64,000 nucleotides of DNA from positions 31,372,001 through 31,436,000 of the forward strand of contig NC_087441.1 of assembly GCF_036321535.1 (NCBI RefSeq). The letters are read 5' to 3'. A model generated the notes under the pieces. It saw only the letters and a program-made list of their open reading frames with translations. It made no database searches and was not told the DNA's origin. Within the stretch, counting starts at the first letter, position 1. Every line of letters begins with the position of its first letter. A program made the translations under genes and the position numbers. Source of the DNA: Camelus dromedarius (Eukaryota). This document shows, one piece after another, positions 13,701 to 26,905 of this stretch.

Positions 13701-14632
13701 TAAATATCACAGAGTGAAAAATTAATCACTTCAAAGAAATCTAGCATCCTATCAGATAAAAGAGTACCTTGACCTTTTTCCAGCACATTATAATATCCAG
13801 AACTGTAGTCTAGACATTGGATTAAAACCACATTAATTTTTAATAATAACAACAAGAAAACAAGATATTGAAATATAAAATACAGATGGCACTTTGCTTA
13901 TTTTTCTATAACTGTATCAAAAAATTGAATATTAAAATATTACCTTTGTAGTTTACTTTAAAAACACTCAGTATATAATAATGTAAGAGTCTGTCAGGTT
14001 AATTTACAGTTAGTAAATCTTTTCTATATTATGCCTATGCAGGGGACCCTTGGACTTCTTTTTTTCAGACAGCATGGGAGAACCTAGAAAGTAGAAATGA
14101 AAAAATTGTACTAATAGTTTCCAGTGAATTATAGAGTAACTTAGGATGCCTGCTGTATTCAAATTAGGGCAGTTAATTATTGATGAAAGAGGTTTTAGAG
14201 TAGGTAAGATAAAAGATTATTAAAGCACTGCTATAGAAAATTTGACAGTTCTGAGTTATTAAACTAGTAGAATTAGGGGAAATTTAATTCCAACCTTAAA
14301 TGTGTATAGTATTTACATAATAACTACTAGACCTGTTAAAAATCTTTACTAAGATTAAGATAGGGTTGAAAATGGTAGGGAGGGGAGTTGGAATCAGATG
14401 TCTGATAGTATTATAGCCATAATGAATGGCTAGACATTAAGCTGGATTATCAAAGATGGATATTCACGAGCATTTATAGAAATAATGCAACAGAAGTTTG
14501 GCTATGCAGTACACAACTGCAAACTTACACAACAGCAAAAGCATGGGTAAATAAAGCATCTATGGTAGAGTAGCAATTTCTGCTATTCACGAAGCAGTCT
14601 TAATCCCGTATATGAATTAAACCATAGATTTT

Positions 14633-14759
14633 GGGGGAGGAGGTAATTAGGTATATTTTATTTATTTGTTTTATTTTAACAGAGGTGCTGGGGAGTGAAC
14701 CCAGGACCTCGCGCATGCTAAGCATGCACTCTGCTATTGAGATACACCCTCCCTCCCAC
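14633..14759 (-). mobile_element. Camelid tRNA-Ala-derived SINE (vic-1 type)
   Basis: Reverse strand reads as a tRNA-Ala(AGC)-like head with A and B boxes, then the tail aaataaa...cctaattacctcctcccc. Perfect 14-bp TSD aaaccatagatttt (14619-14632, 14760-14773). Confidence 0.92.
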
Positions 14760-15329
14760 AAACCATAGATTTTTGGTGCTAATGTTAAATTATAACATGT
14801 GTACATTTACTCCAATAGATTATAGAATAAACTTTATTGAGATGCCTGAGATTAAGCTAAACTCAAAGTAAAATATGGTTTAGGAAGCCTTCTTAGAGAT
14901 AAAAAGATGAATCATGGTATTTACAACCCAAAGATTCTATGATTCATCAATTATTATCTAAAATGTAATCCAGAGAACAAATGTGCTTTGTGACTGCATA
15001 CATATGTCAGTAAAGGTCAAAACAATGGCATATATCCAAGCTAAATTACTCTCCAAAAACAGAGGATGGCTCTGAAAACAACTTTTCTCTCTCACTAGAA
15101 ATCTACCAATCAGTCCTACCTCTGTGTACCCAACTCTCTGCTGGAGATAATGAGGGAAACAAGAATGTTGTTTTAAGATATTTACCATCTGAATGGATAA
15201 TCATAAAATTATCCAAGACTAACCAAGTGTTTCTAACAGAGTGACATTTTTTATTAGTTCTATAGAAATTCAAGAATGGTAGAATTTGGTGTAAACTAAT
15301 ATAAGAATTTTCCTAAAATATTAACAGAC

Positions 15330-15600
15330 AATAATAGCTAACATTTATTGACAGCTTACAGTGCCAGGTAATTATTATTTATTATTAGTTATGATCAGTG
15401 TATGTTAGATGCACTGTGATATAAATTCCTTTCATCATTTTATAATAATAATCACATAAATTAGGTACTATTAATAACATAAATTTAATAATATATGTTA
15501 AATGTATAAATAATGAATGAGTGGAAGAAACTGGGGCTCAGAAATTTTAAGTAACTTGCCTAAATTCATATGACAGAGAGATTTGAAACTTCAAATGAAC
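15330..15600 (-). mobile_element. MIR SINE
   Basis: aataatagctaacatttattga...taggtactatt...gaagaaactggggctcagaaattttaagtaacttgcctaa. Confidence 0.7.
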
Positions 15601-17419
15601 CTTAAAATATGGGTAGCTTTTGGGCAAGAAAGGAAGACAGACATGCCAAGTATGAAAAATGGCAAGAGGAAAAGCACAAAACAAGACCACATACCTATGG
15701 GGAAAAGAAACAATAAGTGTAAATAGACAGAAAGTATATGTGGTGAAGTATTAGGGAGTACCTTTTGGGGTAGGATGGGGACAGTGCAGTTCCTTAAGGT
15801 CTAGGAAGAAGAGTGGTCACCACATCATTTGAATATGATGTGGTGACCATAAGCAGAGTGACATGAGAAAAATATTCTTTAATAAAGGTGTAAACTGGAA
15901 GCATTGGACAGTGTGTATTTGGCAGAAAGAATCTATCTAATATAGGAAGAATCTGCAGTAGTCTGAACATAAAGTTATGTGGGTCTGGATTTTGATAGTG
16001 ATTGTACAGGAAATAAAAAGGTCTAAGAAATATTTTGAAAGAAAAAAATGGGTATAGAAGAAAAGGAAAATGATTAAACAATGAAGAAAACAGAGTTTAG
16101 TGAGAAAATATGTCAAATGATATTTTCACTAAAAGAAAAAAAGATATAGAATATAGTTTTAAAGAAAAATAGAATAGAAATCAATGCCACTTAGAGGAGA
16201 GAAAAAAATTTTGCATGAAGTTTGAGGTGATAGTGTTATCTCCCCATGTAGAGAGTCTGTGCATGTGTGAAAAGATCAGACTAGGATACAGGTGAAAAAT
16301 CAGGCTTAGAGATAAAGGTTTTTAAGTCATGGAATGAAAAACAGACTTGTGGGAAGAACATAAAAAGCAGACTTGATGGAAAAAAGGACCCAAGTTCAAG
16401 TTCTGATTGTGAAATTGAACTTGAGTGAGTCACTTAAAGTCTCTGAAACTCAGTTACTCCATGTTTTAGATGATGAAAATAATAGATAAAGAACTTTTAT
16501 ATAGTCAAAGTCATGAGAATCAAAGGGTAGGTATTTTAAGCTATGTATTTCTTAAGGGCTTTGAATTTGTTACTTTAGCCTTCTTCCCTTGATGGAAGAG
16601 CCATATCTTACTGTGCTATAGAGTGGATGATTTATTATTACACATATTAACAAATCAGTTGACCAGTCTGCTTCTGAAACACAGTAAAATAATACCTAAG
16701 ACTTTCTAAATGCCCACAAAATCTCTGAGTAATCACTTTTAGTGTTTGCTTAACTGGAGAAATATAATTTTAACTAGCAAATTAAAGAATAAGCCAGATA
16801 AATTTCCAATTCAAAAGTTCTTCTCATGGCATTTTTACATGATTAAAGAATCATAAGTATTGCTTACACTTAATTTTTATTATTAGTTTTCAACTTTGAA
16901 ATTACATTGTATTATACTGTAAAATGACACATTTGAGCATATTGACTGCTTGATTTCAGATGTGTGATAATCAATTCTTGATTTTTATTAGACTTTTTAA
17001 AAGTTACTAACTTCATTGAAATAAATAATACTGCCTCAGGAAAAATTGAAACATAGATGCCTGAACAGCACAAGTCCTTAGAGAAACAGGACCAGGTATG
17101 TTTTGTGCCCATAGACTGTGTTTATAATATCATTATTTGATTTGCAAATATTAATCTGCAAATTATTTTTATCCATTTTCATTAAATGAATCTCTGTATT
17201 TCTTAAGGAAATCACAACTCAAGTTCGGGTACATAACGACAGTTTATTACCTAGCATAAATTCCAAGTAAATTGTGGTTACAGTTTGCTTTTTTCCCTTT
17301 TTATTTTTGGTATGCTTGTCAAGGTCTGAGGTATTCATTATAGATGTCATAAACATCACATTTCTACCTTCCAAAAGTATTTAAAGGATTACATGGAAAT
17401 TATTCCAATTCTCATTAAT

Positions 17420-17520
17420 ACGCTTGAGCCTCCCCGGACGGGAACTATTTCTTAATTTATCTTTGCATACCCAGCACCTTGGACAGTGCCGGGTATTAAA
17501 ATAGGCATTTATCTATTTGG
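17420..17520 (+). mobile_element. LINE-2 3' terminal fragment
   Basis: gcttgagcctccc...gggaactatttcttaatttatctttgcatacccagcaccttggacagtgccgggta...taggcattta aligns with the L2 3' end (gagctcc...agggac...tcttattcatctttgtatccccagcacctagcacagtgcctggcacatagtagg). Confidence 0.7.
17470..17490 (+). promoter_or_regulatory. RE1/NRSE (REST binding) site
   Basis: CCCAGCACCTTGGACAGTGCC versus consensus TTCAGCACCnnGGACAGCGCC. Both half-sites (CAGCACC, GGACAG), the 2-nt spacer and the terminal GCC are intact. Confidence 0.7.
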
Positions 17521-18299
17521 AAGGAGATGAGTACATGGATTATTTTGTCCTTTTGCTATATTTGTCTTATACACTGCTGGAGATACTAATCATCAGGGCT
17601 CGAACATCTTTTTATTTTGCTGTAATGATACTGCTTGTATGCAAACCACTCCTACGTTGTTTTTATTTCATTTTTAATGCAAGATGTTACACTTGGAAAA
17701 TAAAATCTCTTACTCTGAAATTTATGTTAGCATAAAAACTTATTATTTCAAGATCTTGACCTCATTTTACATACAAAACTACAATATTAATGTAAGAAAA
17801 ATTTAAAACAAAAAATATCCTTCCAAATGCTGGGTTTATTTTCATCTTCAGGTTCAACAAAGAATTCTCAAAAGTAAGAGAGAGAACTTCATGCTCCCCC
17901 CCCCCAAAAAAAAAAACTGGGAGGAAAAGGAGAATTTTCCAGTCAGATTTTTAAATACTATTACTGTGAAGCAGTGTGGATTATTGTATATCGTAAAGGA
18001 ATATTTTCTGAATTCTCTTTTTCCCCCTAAATTTCCTTTGAATTCATATCTTATAATAAATACACGATTTTTAATGGTTCTTATAAATCATGAATCTCAT
18101 GAATCTTAATGATTCCTGTTACCCCACATGCACTACTATGAAAATTTTGGATCTTGGCAATTGCTTCTTGTATTCACAGTGGAAACTGGAACTTAATAAA
18201 GGAGAGAAGAAAATGTACCAAAGGCACACCCTCCTGTAAATAGTCGCTGTAAATCAGTATTTATTCGGTTTGCGGTAAATTAGTCGTGGCATCATAAGA

Positions 18300-19500
18300 A
18301 CCCTTTGTCTGTGAGACGATGGGTCTGGCAACCATTATCTACTCATGGAAACGACGTTCGTTGACTCCGCCCGGGCTGGGGGTGGGGAGGGTGCACCGCG
18401 TGGCGAGCTTGGCTGAGAATTAAAGCGAACGAACAAAGAGAACTCCCAGCAGCCGCCCGCCAGCCCCTCGCAGCTGCATCAGGAGACGTCAGTCACGCCC
18501 AGAAGGCTGTTGGAATCCGCCTCCCTGAGAAAAGAGCTCAAGTGAATAATTGATGGCGATTGATCCCTTCCAGGACGAAGCTTTGCGGAAAACCAGTGCA
18601 TCCGACTACGAGCGGTTTCGGAATCTTCTGCCAAGTAAGGGGTATGGGAGTGCAGCAAGGACTTTGAGCGCGGCTACTGATCTTCCATCTCGGGCGTGGC
18701 TCTGGCCTTCTTGTCTTCTTGCCACACACCCTGCCACCCTCCTTCCCCTCCTTCTTCTCTTCCCTTTTGAAAGTAGCCTCCCTCTGGTTACTTTACCCTG
18801 TCCTCCCGTGCAACCCCGCCCCCTCCCCTGCCCAGTCCGGTGAGGTCAGCTCATGAATATCAGCGCACTTCCTGGGGAGCGTCTGGCACGGCTTGGTACC
18901 TCGCGTGTTCGGCTGCTCCGAGCCTCAGCTGCAGCTCAGCCGCGGACTGCGGAAGAGTAATGCACTTTCTCCGCCGCTGATCCTCCACGTTAACGCCTTT
19001 GTTTGGAGAAACCGAGTGGGTGTGGAACTGGGGCGAATAGGCCCAAAGTCGAAGTGCTCAGCCAGAAAGTCGCATATAGTGCTACGAAGTTAAACTTTCC
19101 TCGTCTCTGAAAGACACAATAATAAACCCCGAGGTCCCCGGAAGATCAGAAGGGAAGCGCTGTTGATTTGCTTCAACTTCAAAACATCGCCTCTGCTAAG
19201 AAGTGAGCAGTTCTGGATTTTCTAAAGGGAGGGGGTGAAAGATGGGATGGCCAGTGGGCAGATAAAACTTGAGATTAAAAGTGTTGGTGTGGGCCTTGCC
19301 GGGGTTGTTTGGTTGGCGATTTCCACGGGGGAAGCCTTGAAAAGACACAGCGTCTTGTCACTTTGTGAGAACCACGTGACAGCGGCCAGGTACCTTTGAT
19401 TGTGGGAGCCGAGTTCCTGGAACTCGCGCTTTCTGCTGGGTTTAAACTATATGGGGGCCGAGTTCAAGCGTTCTTTTGTGGCTCTCAGCTTCAGAGTGCT
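18300..19500 (+). promoter_or_regulatory. SOGA3: CpG-rich promoter / non-coding first-exon region of SOGA3
   Basis: Abrupt rise in CpG after AT-rich DNA. GC-box ctccgccc (about 18365), near-CRE AGACGTCA (18484-18491), no TATA. Candidate donors caa|gtaagg (18634/5) and ccg|gtgagg (18839/40). TSS and exon-1 limits cannot be fixed from sequence. Confidence 0.75.
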
Positions 19501-21126
19501 TCTGCCTAATTCAAAACAAAAATAAGGTTGCATTGGCAATATAACTTATTTGGGTGATCCTCGTTAGTGAGACTCACGACAGTGAACTAGACCAGACATT
19601 CTAGGAGCATGCTACTTCAGAAGAACATGTAGAAGATAAGTTGATGGACGACTCTCCCCACCCCCAATGTCTTCTTTGTTCACTTTTATTTTCCAGTGTC
19701 GGAAGGAGATTCCCAGAAAGAGAAAGGGACATGGAAAATGAGCCTTCCAGTAATATTTCTTTCTAAAATGAGTAATTACTACTCATTGACTAAGTTATGA
19801 TACTTAGACAATAACAGGAACAATGCTAGTAAAGTGATAGCAATCATCTCCTCTCCTAACAGGAGGAATTTATTTTTAAGCTGAACTTTCTGCCTTGTCA
19901 TGCTCTTTTGAATGCTTTAGAGAGAATTTACTTTTCTAAGGAAAAAGCACCTAATTGACTAGCTGACTAAGTAGCTGGATCACTAGGAAGAAGAAGCCAG
20001 GAGGCAATGGGTTGTGAGTTGCTATTTTGCAGATTTTAAAAGCCAGTGATGGATTTCTTAGAAAAAGCACACAATAGAAGTGAATGTACCACCATGAGTG
20101 AGGATGCAGCAGCCTTATTTAGTGCAGGGTCATTCTTCTGTCTTAGAATTTGGTTCCATGGGAGGGACTGGGTGCTTTAAAAGTACAACTGTGCTGATGG
20201 TGTGCCATCTAAGAAGATGCTTAAGAATGAAAATAGATTCTATCTAGCAATTGCACTTAAAACTAAAATGATTCACAAGAACAATGAAATTTGGATACAT
20301 GTAGAACAAGTTACAACTGTAATTTAAGAAATCGTGCAGAGCCACTAATAAACTTTTCCAAAAGTATTTTAAAATTATTTCTGAAAGCCATAAGTAAAGA
20401 AAAATTCCTTTAGTGTTGCTAACGATTAAACCATATAGAAGATTTATAATGCCATCTTTTTTTGAAACTGAAATTTATTTAAAGTCATTCATTATTTATA
20501 TTTTCTTTCAGTTCTAGTCCAAAGGAAATTGGGTGCATTTCTCTAACCAAGAGCAATATTAAATGTTAGAGCTGTTTGAGAAAAGTGTCATTTATCCATA
20601 ACAAAATTTCTCTAGGAACCGATATCATAACCCTTTTCATCTAATTGACACTTGGGAATATTAATTAAATATTTCTTCACTAAGCTAGGCTTTAAAATTC
20701 AGATTTGATAGTGAGGAAAACCAAAGTTGAACAATCAGGGTATTAACAACTCTAGCATATGGACATCTTTTCCTTCCGAAGCTTCTTGACCTTATCCTCT
20801 TTAAAAACAAAGAAACAAAAACTCTCTTCCCATCAGTTCCTTTCTGACTCCATATTGATCGCATCCTTGCCAAACCTGCTACCGTGAGAATGTTAGGTTC
20901 AGGAGCTTTCAGATCGTCATTTTACTGAGGTGGAGTGAGATGGCGATAGCGCCTCGCTGGGCAAAATGAGAATTGATAATTCTGCATCCTATTCCTAAAG
21001 TCAAGGTTTCAATTAAGCGCCTTCCAAATCTCATTTTCTAGGTCTTCTCTTGTAAAGGAAAATCACCCTTTGCTCTGTAACAATGCAGACATGCTATGTG
21101 CTTTCCTTCTTTTGTTTCTGTCCCAG

Positions 21127-22403
<1,277 letters not shown>

Positions 22404-22685
22404 TAACCTGTTAGGGAGCCTTAAAGAGAGAGGGCAACGGGAAACGAGGGGAGGGGATTCCTCGGCCCTTTCCGGATTTAAAAGGACTTGATATTAGTAG
22501 CATTAGGTTTTTATTTAAATCCAGAGCTGGGCCTTCATTTCTCCATTATGGTTTGTCCCATTTTTTCATGGAGAGAGCTACAGTGGGAGAGCGAGGAAAG
22601 GCCTAAAGAGGGCCCGTTTTTCTAGTTTCTTCTTCATTCAGCTCCATGTCATTCCTGTCTCATGGAGAGGGGGCAGTAAAGCTGA

Positions 22686-23066
<381 letters not shown>

Positions 23067-23899
23067 TGAAAGGCCTTCAGCAGTGATTGGCAAAGAGCTT
23101 TAGGGGCACGGAGTTTCGCAGCGCGGACGACAAAATATCAAGGTCTCGGAAGGGGAAGAGGTAGAACAGACAGGTGGGTCTAAAGAGTCCAGTGTGGAAG
23201 GTCTTGCGGAGAATGAGCTCTCCTGGGAGGAATAGTGACTCTTACAGAGGTGGCGGGAGGAGGGCGCCTCATTTCTCCTCGGAAACCGGGGCGTGGCAGA
23301 GCGCAGGCTCTGGCCTGAATCTGGTTTCCAGAGACTGTCCTCGAAGTGTAGGCCAGGTAGATTCAGGCATTCAAGAGCAGCAGGATGAGGACCTTTTCAG
23401 TGGAGTTGAAGCCCAGAATAGGAACAGTACTGGGGAGAAATTAAAGATTTCTCCCTGAAATTCGCCCCCGCCCCCATCGCCTTCTTCCAGAATGCCTTCC
23501 TTTCTGCACTTACCACTTAACTCCCAGAAGGGGAAACTGGCCAGCTTGTGGTCCCGTTCGGAAAAGTAAAGGGAGAATGAACTAAATGAAAGAACCTTGT
23601 TCTTATTGTGAAGTTACTCCTTCAGAATCTCCCCCAGTGGAGAAATTTCAACCTTGAGATGTGATTTTTAGGCAGGTGTGGTTTGTTCATTTGGTTTGAC
23701 TGCAGGCAGATTCACTGACAGTGCAAATCAAATGTTATCTTCATTGTCTTGGACACCAAAAGAAATATGATTTTAATTGTATTAATTTCATCAAGATATT
23801 AAAACCAACTGTAGTTATATTTGTTTTAAAGAAAACTATAGAAAACATTTTATGAAAGCCATTGTATTATTTATTTTTATTCCTTTTTCTGACATTTGT

Positions 23900-24130
23900 C
23901 CAGTGCTCACTATGCACCAGGCACTGTGGCAAGCATTGTTACTTATTTAATTATTTCATTTAGTTCTCAAGAGAGAAAAAAAAAAAAACCTGTAAGGTAG
24001 GGATTATTAATAACATCATTTTACAGGTGCCTAAGCAGAAACTTTTATAGAAGTTAAGTACCTAGCCCTCAGCCCTGGGACTTGGCTAGTGGTTGGCCAG
24101 ACTGGCTCCCTACAGTCTGTGTCCTGAACC
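23900..24130 (-). mobile_element. MIR SINE
   Basis: cagtgctcactatgcaccaggcactgtggcaagc...cctgtaaggtagggattatt...ttttacagg...agttaagtacctagccc. Confidence 0.65.
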
Positions 24131-24444
24131 ATTGCATCAGACTGCTCCACTTTTCTTACAAACCCTAAAATTTTCAAGGTAATCTCAAAGCAGGAGGCAA
24201 AAACGCACACCTTAAATAAAAACAACGACAACAACAACAAAAAAACAAAACTTAATCTCAAAGGTTAAAATATTTCTTAAAACTAAGCACCTGGAATGAT
24301 AGAATCAAAATTCAAGCTCCATACACTACTTGGGAAAACTTTGTTTTCCAATCTTTAAAATAAGTGATAATGGATCTATCTCATAGTTTTGTTGTGGAAT
24401 TAGAGAAATTTCTCTACACACAATAAAACACAATTGAACATTTA

Positions 24445-24710
24445 TAGCCATGATATAGTGTAGAGGTCAAGAGAACAGAATGGAGAGCCAGACTACCTGG
24501 CCACTTGCTAGTTGTGTGACCTTGAGCATATTACTTTATCTCTATAAGACTCAGTTTTCCTCATCTATAAAATAGGAATAATAATAGTACTTATTTCATG
24601 GGACTGTCGTGAAGGTTCAATGGTTTATGTATGTGAATGGCTTATAAATAAAGCATCTGGAATGATGCCTGGTGTATGGTAAACTCTATGTACATATTGG
24701 TTCTTAATAC
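24445..24710 (+). mobile_element. MIR SINE just upstream of exon C
   Basis: ggagagccagactacctgg...tagttgtgtgaccttgagcatattac...ctcagttttcctcatctataaaataggaataataatagtac...gcctggtgtatggtaa. Confidence 0.8.
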
Positions 24711-24783
24711 TTTTAATATAACGTTATCCCACTTGTTTTATTGTCTTTAATTACATTTTGTTTTTAAAAACATTTTAATTTAG

Positions 24784-24954
<171 letters not shown>

Positions 24955-26501
24955 TGATCTCATGGTGTGCCATATATACTTAGCTCTTTATAGACATGTA
25001 TTAAAGACTAATATGACTGTTAAAATAATTTTATTTTTTAATGATTATAGGACAGTTTGTTGTTCTCACCCAATGTAGTAACAGACACATAGTTTCATAC
25101 TAATGAATAAGTAGCAAAGAAGAAATTCTGACCTCAGCCCTGACTTTGACTCTGACTTGACGTATATGAACCGTGACTGATGTTTCATATGTGTCATCTA
25201 AGTGCATGTTAATTAAATAAACTATGCAGCTATATCAAACACTAAGAGTATCAAGAGTTGGAAGGAATAAGCCTTCTGTTGGTTGAGGTAAAGAGCTAGT
25301 CCTATGAGATTACTACTGAGCTCACAGAACCAGACTTTTAGAATGAAAAAGGCTATAATGGCCATGTAATCTAATTTCATCATTACTTGAATCCTCCTTA
25401 TAACAAAGCCCCCCAAATGGTCTAATACTTAGAACATTGCCAGTGACTATCTTTAAGATTTTCTGCAGTAGCCAATTCTATCACAGTGTAGCTCTGCTTA
25501 AAGGTTTTCTTTGTTTTGAGTTGAAATTTATTTAATTGTAACTTTAAGAAATTCATCTTAATCCTCCTCTTTTGAGTAGAAGAGTCAGAGTTCTCTTTCA
25601 CATCAGCTATTTAAAGATTCCTACCACGTTTCCCCTGAACCTTCTCAAAGAACAAACTCAGTATCAATGAAAATAAATGAAAAAAAAAGAAACAGAAAAG
25701 ATGTGTCAAGAAACAGTTAGCTTTGTGATAAGTAACAATCTGAATTAAAATAATATTCTTCCTTGAAAACTGCCTGAAATTGTGCAGTGCAACTTGTAAA
25801 AACCATTAATGAGAATTAGCAAATACACAAGTGGTCCTCTGTACATTTCCTCTTCTTAAATTTGCAGAATTTAAATGAAGATCCTATTTTTTCCATGAAC
25901 TAAGTGAGATATTGCACCTTCCATTGCTATGCTTATCTCAAAAAATATATCAACCGTGTAACAGTGAAAATATCAGTAGTTGGTTAAGAATAAATAAATG
26001 TCAGGAATTTATAGAAAACTGTTTGTCAGATAAACTGTTTTATGATCTAAGTGTCTACCTATATTATCCTGATTTTAAATATGTTTAGTGTGACAAATTA
26101 GGGCAAAATCATCTTGATGGTGTGTGATTCTTAGCTAATACTTAAGGGTGACTGTGTGCTACAGTAGAGAAACATGGAAACTGGGAACCACGTGACTCTC
26201 TTCACCAGTAACAAACTGGGTGACTTGTAGGCCTTCTAACTTTTACTTGCCTCACTTTATTCAGTTGTGAAATATTACTTTCAATGATTATCAGCATCTC
26301 CTGAAGCTACCCTGACTTTTATCATGAAATCCAGGACATTGCCATTAAAGAGCAGCATAAAGTATTTTCTGAAGTTAAATATAATATAAATAAATCAAAT
26401 ATTAAATTAATATAGATATATGTTTCTTCAATAATAATGTACAGTTGAAGTTTGTCAAAAACTAAAAGTTTAATTTCCAGGAAAAACATTAAATAAATAG
26501 C

Positions 26502-26905
26502 TGTCATTTTCTGGGGCTGCCCTAACAAAGCAGCACAAGCTGGGTGGCTTAAACAGTAGAACGTCACTTTCTCACAGTTCTGGAGCCTGAAGGTCTAAAA
26601 TTAAGGCGTTGGCAGGGTTAGTTTCTTCTGAGGGCTGTGAGGGAAGGGTCTGTTCTAGGCCTCTCTCCTTGGCTGGTGTACAGTCATCTTCACATTCACA
26701 TGGCATTCTCCCTGTAGCTGTCTGTGCCTTTTCCCCTTCTTATAAGGACACCAGTCCTGTTAGATTAGGTCCCACCATAACGACCTCATTGTAGCTTGAT
26801 TGCCTTGGTGAAGACCTTATCTCCAAATAAGGTCACATTCTGAGGTACTTGGGGTTAGAACTTTAACATGTAAATTGGGGCAGGGACACAATTCAACCCA
26901 TAACA
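26502..26905 (-). mobile_element. MaLR solo LTR (MLT1B/C/D-like)
   Basis: Reverse strand starts tgttatgggttgaattgtgtccc. Body has cacagttctggag, ttataaggacaccagtc, ctccaaataaggtcacattctgaggtact. Near-TSD atagc/gtagc. Confidence 0.88.

Noticed and set aside
14633-14759. tRNA-Ala-like sequences here and at 34236 and 53916 as tRNA genes
   Set aside because: They carry the SINE tail and TSDs and have stem mismatches. These are retroposed copies.
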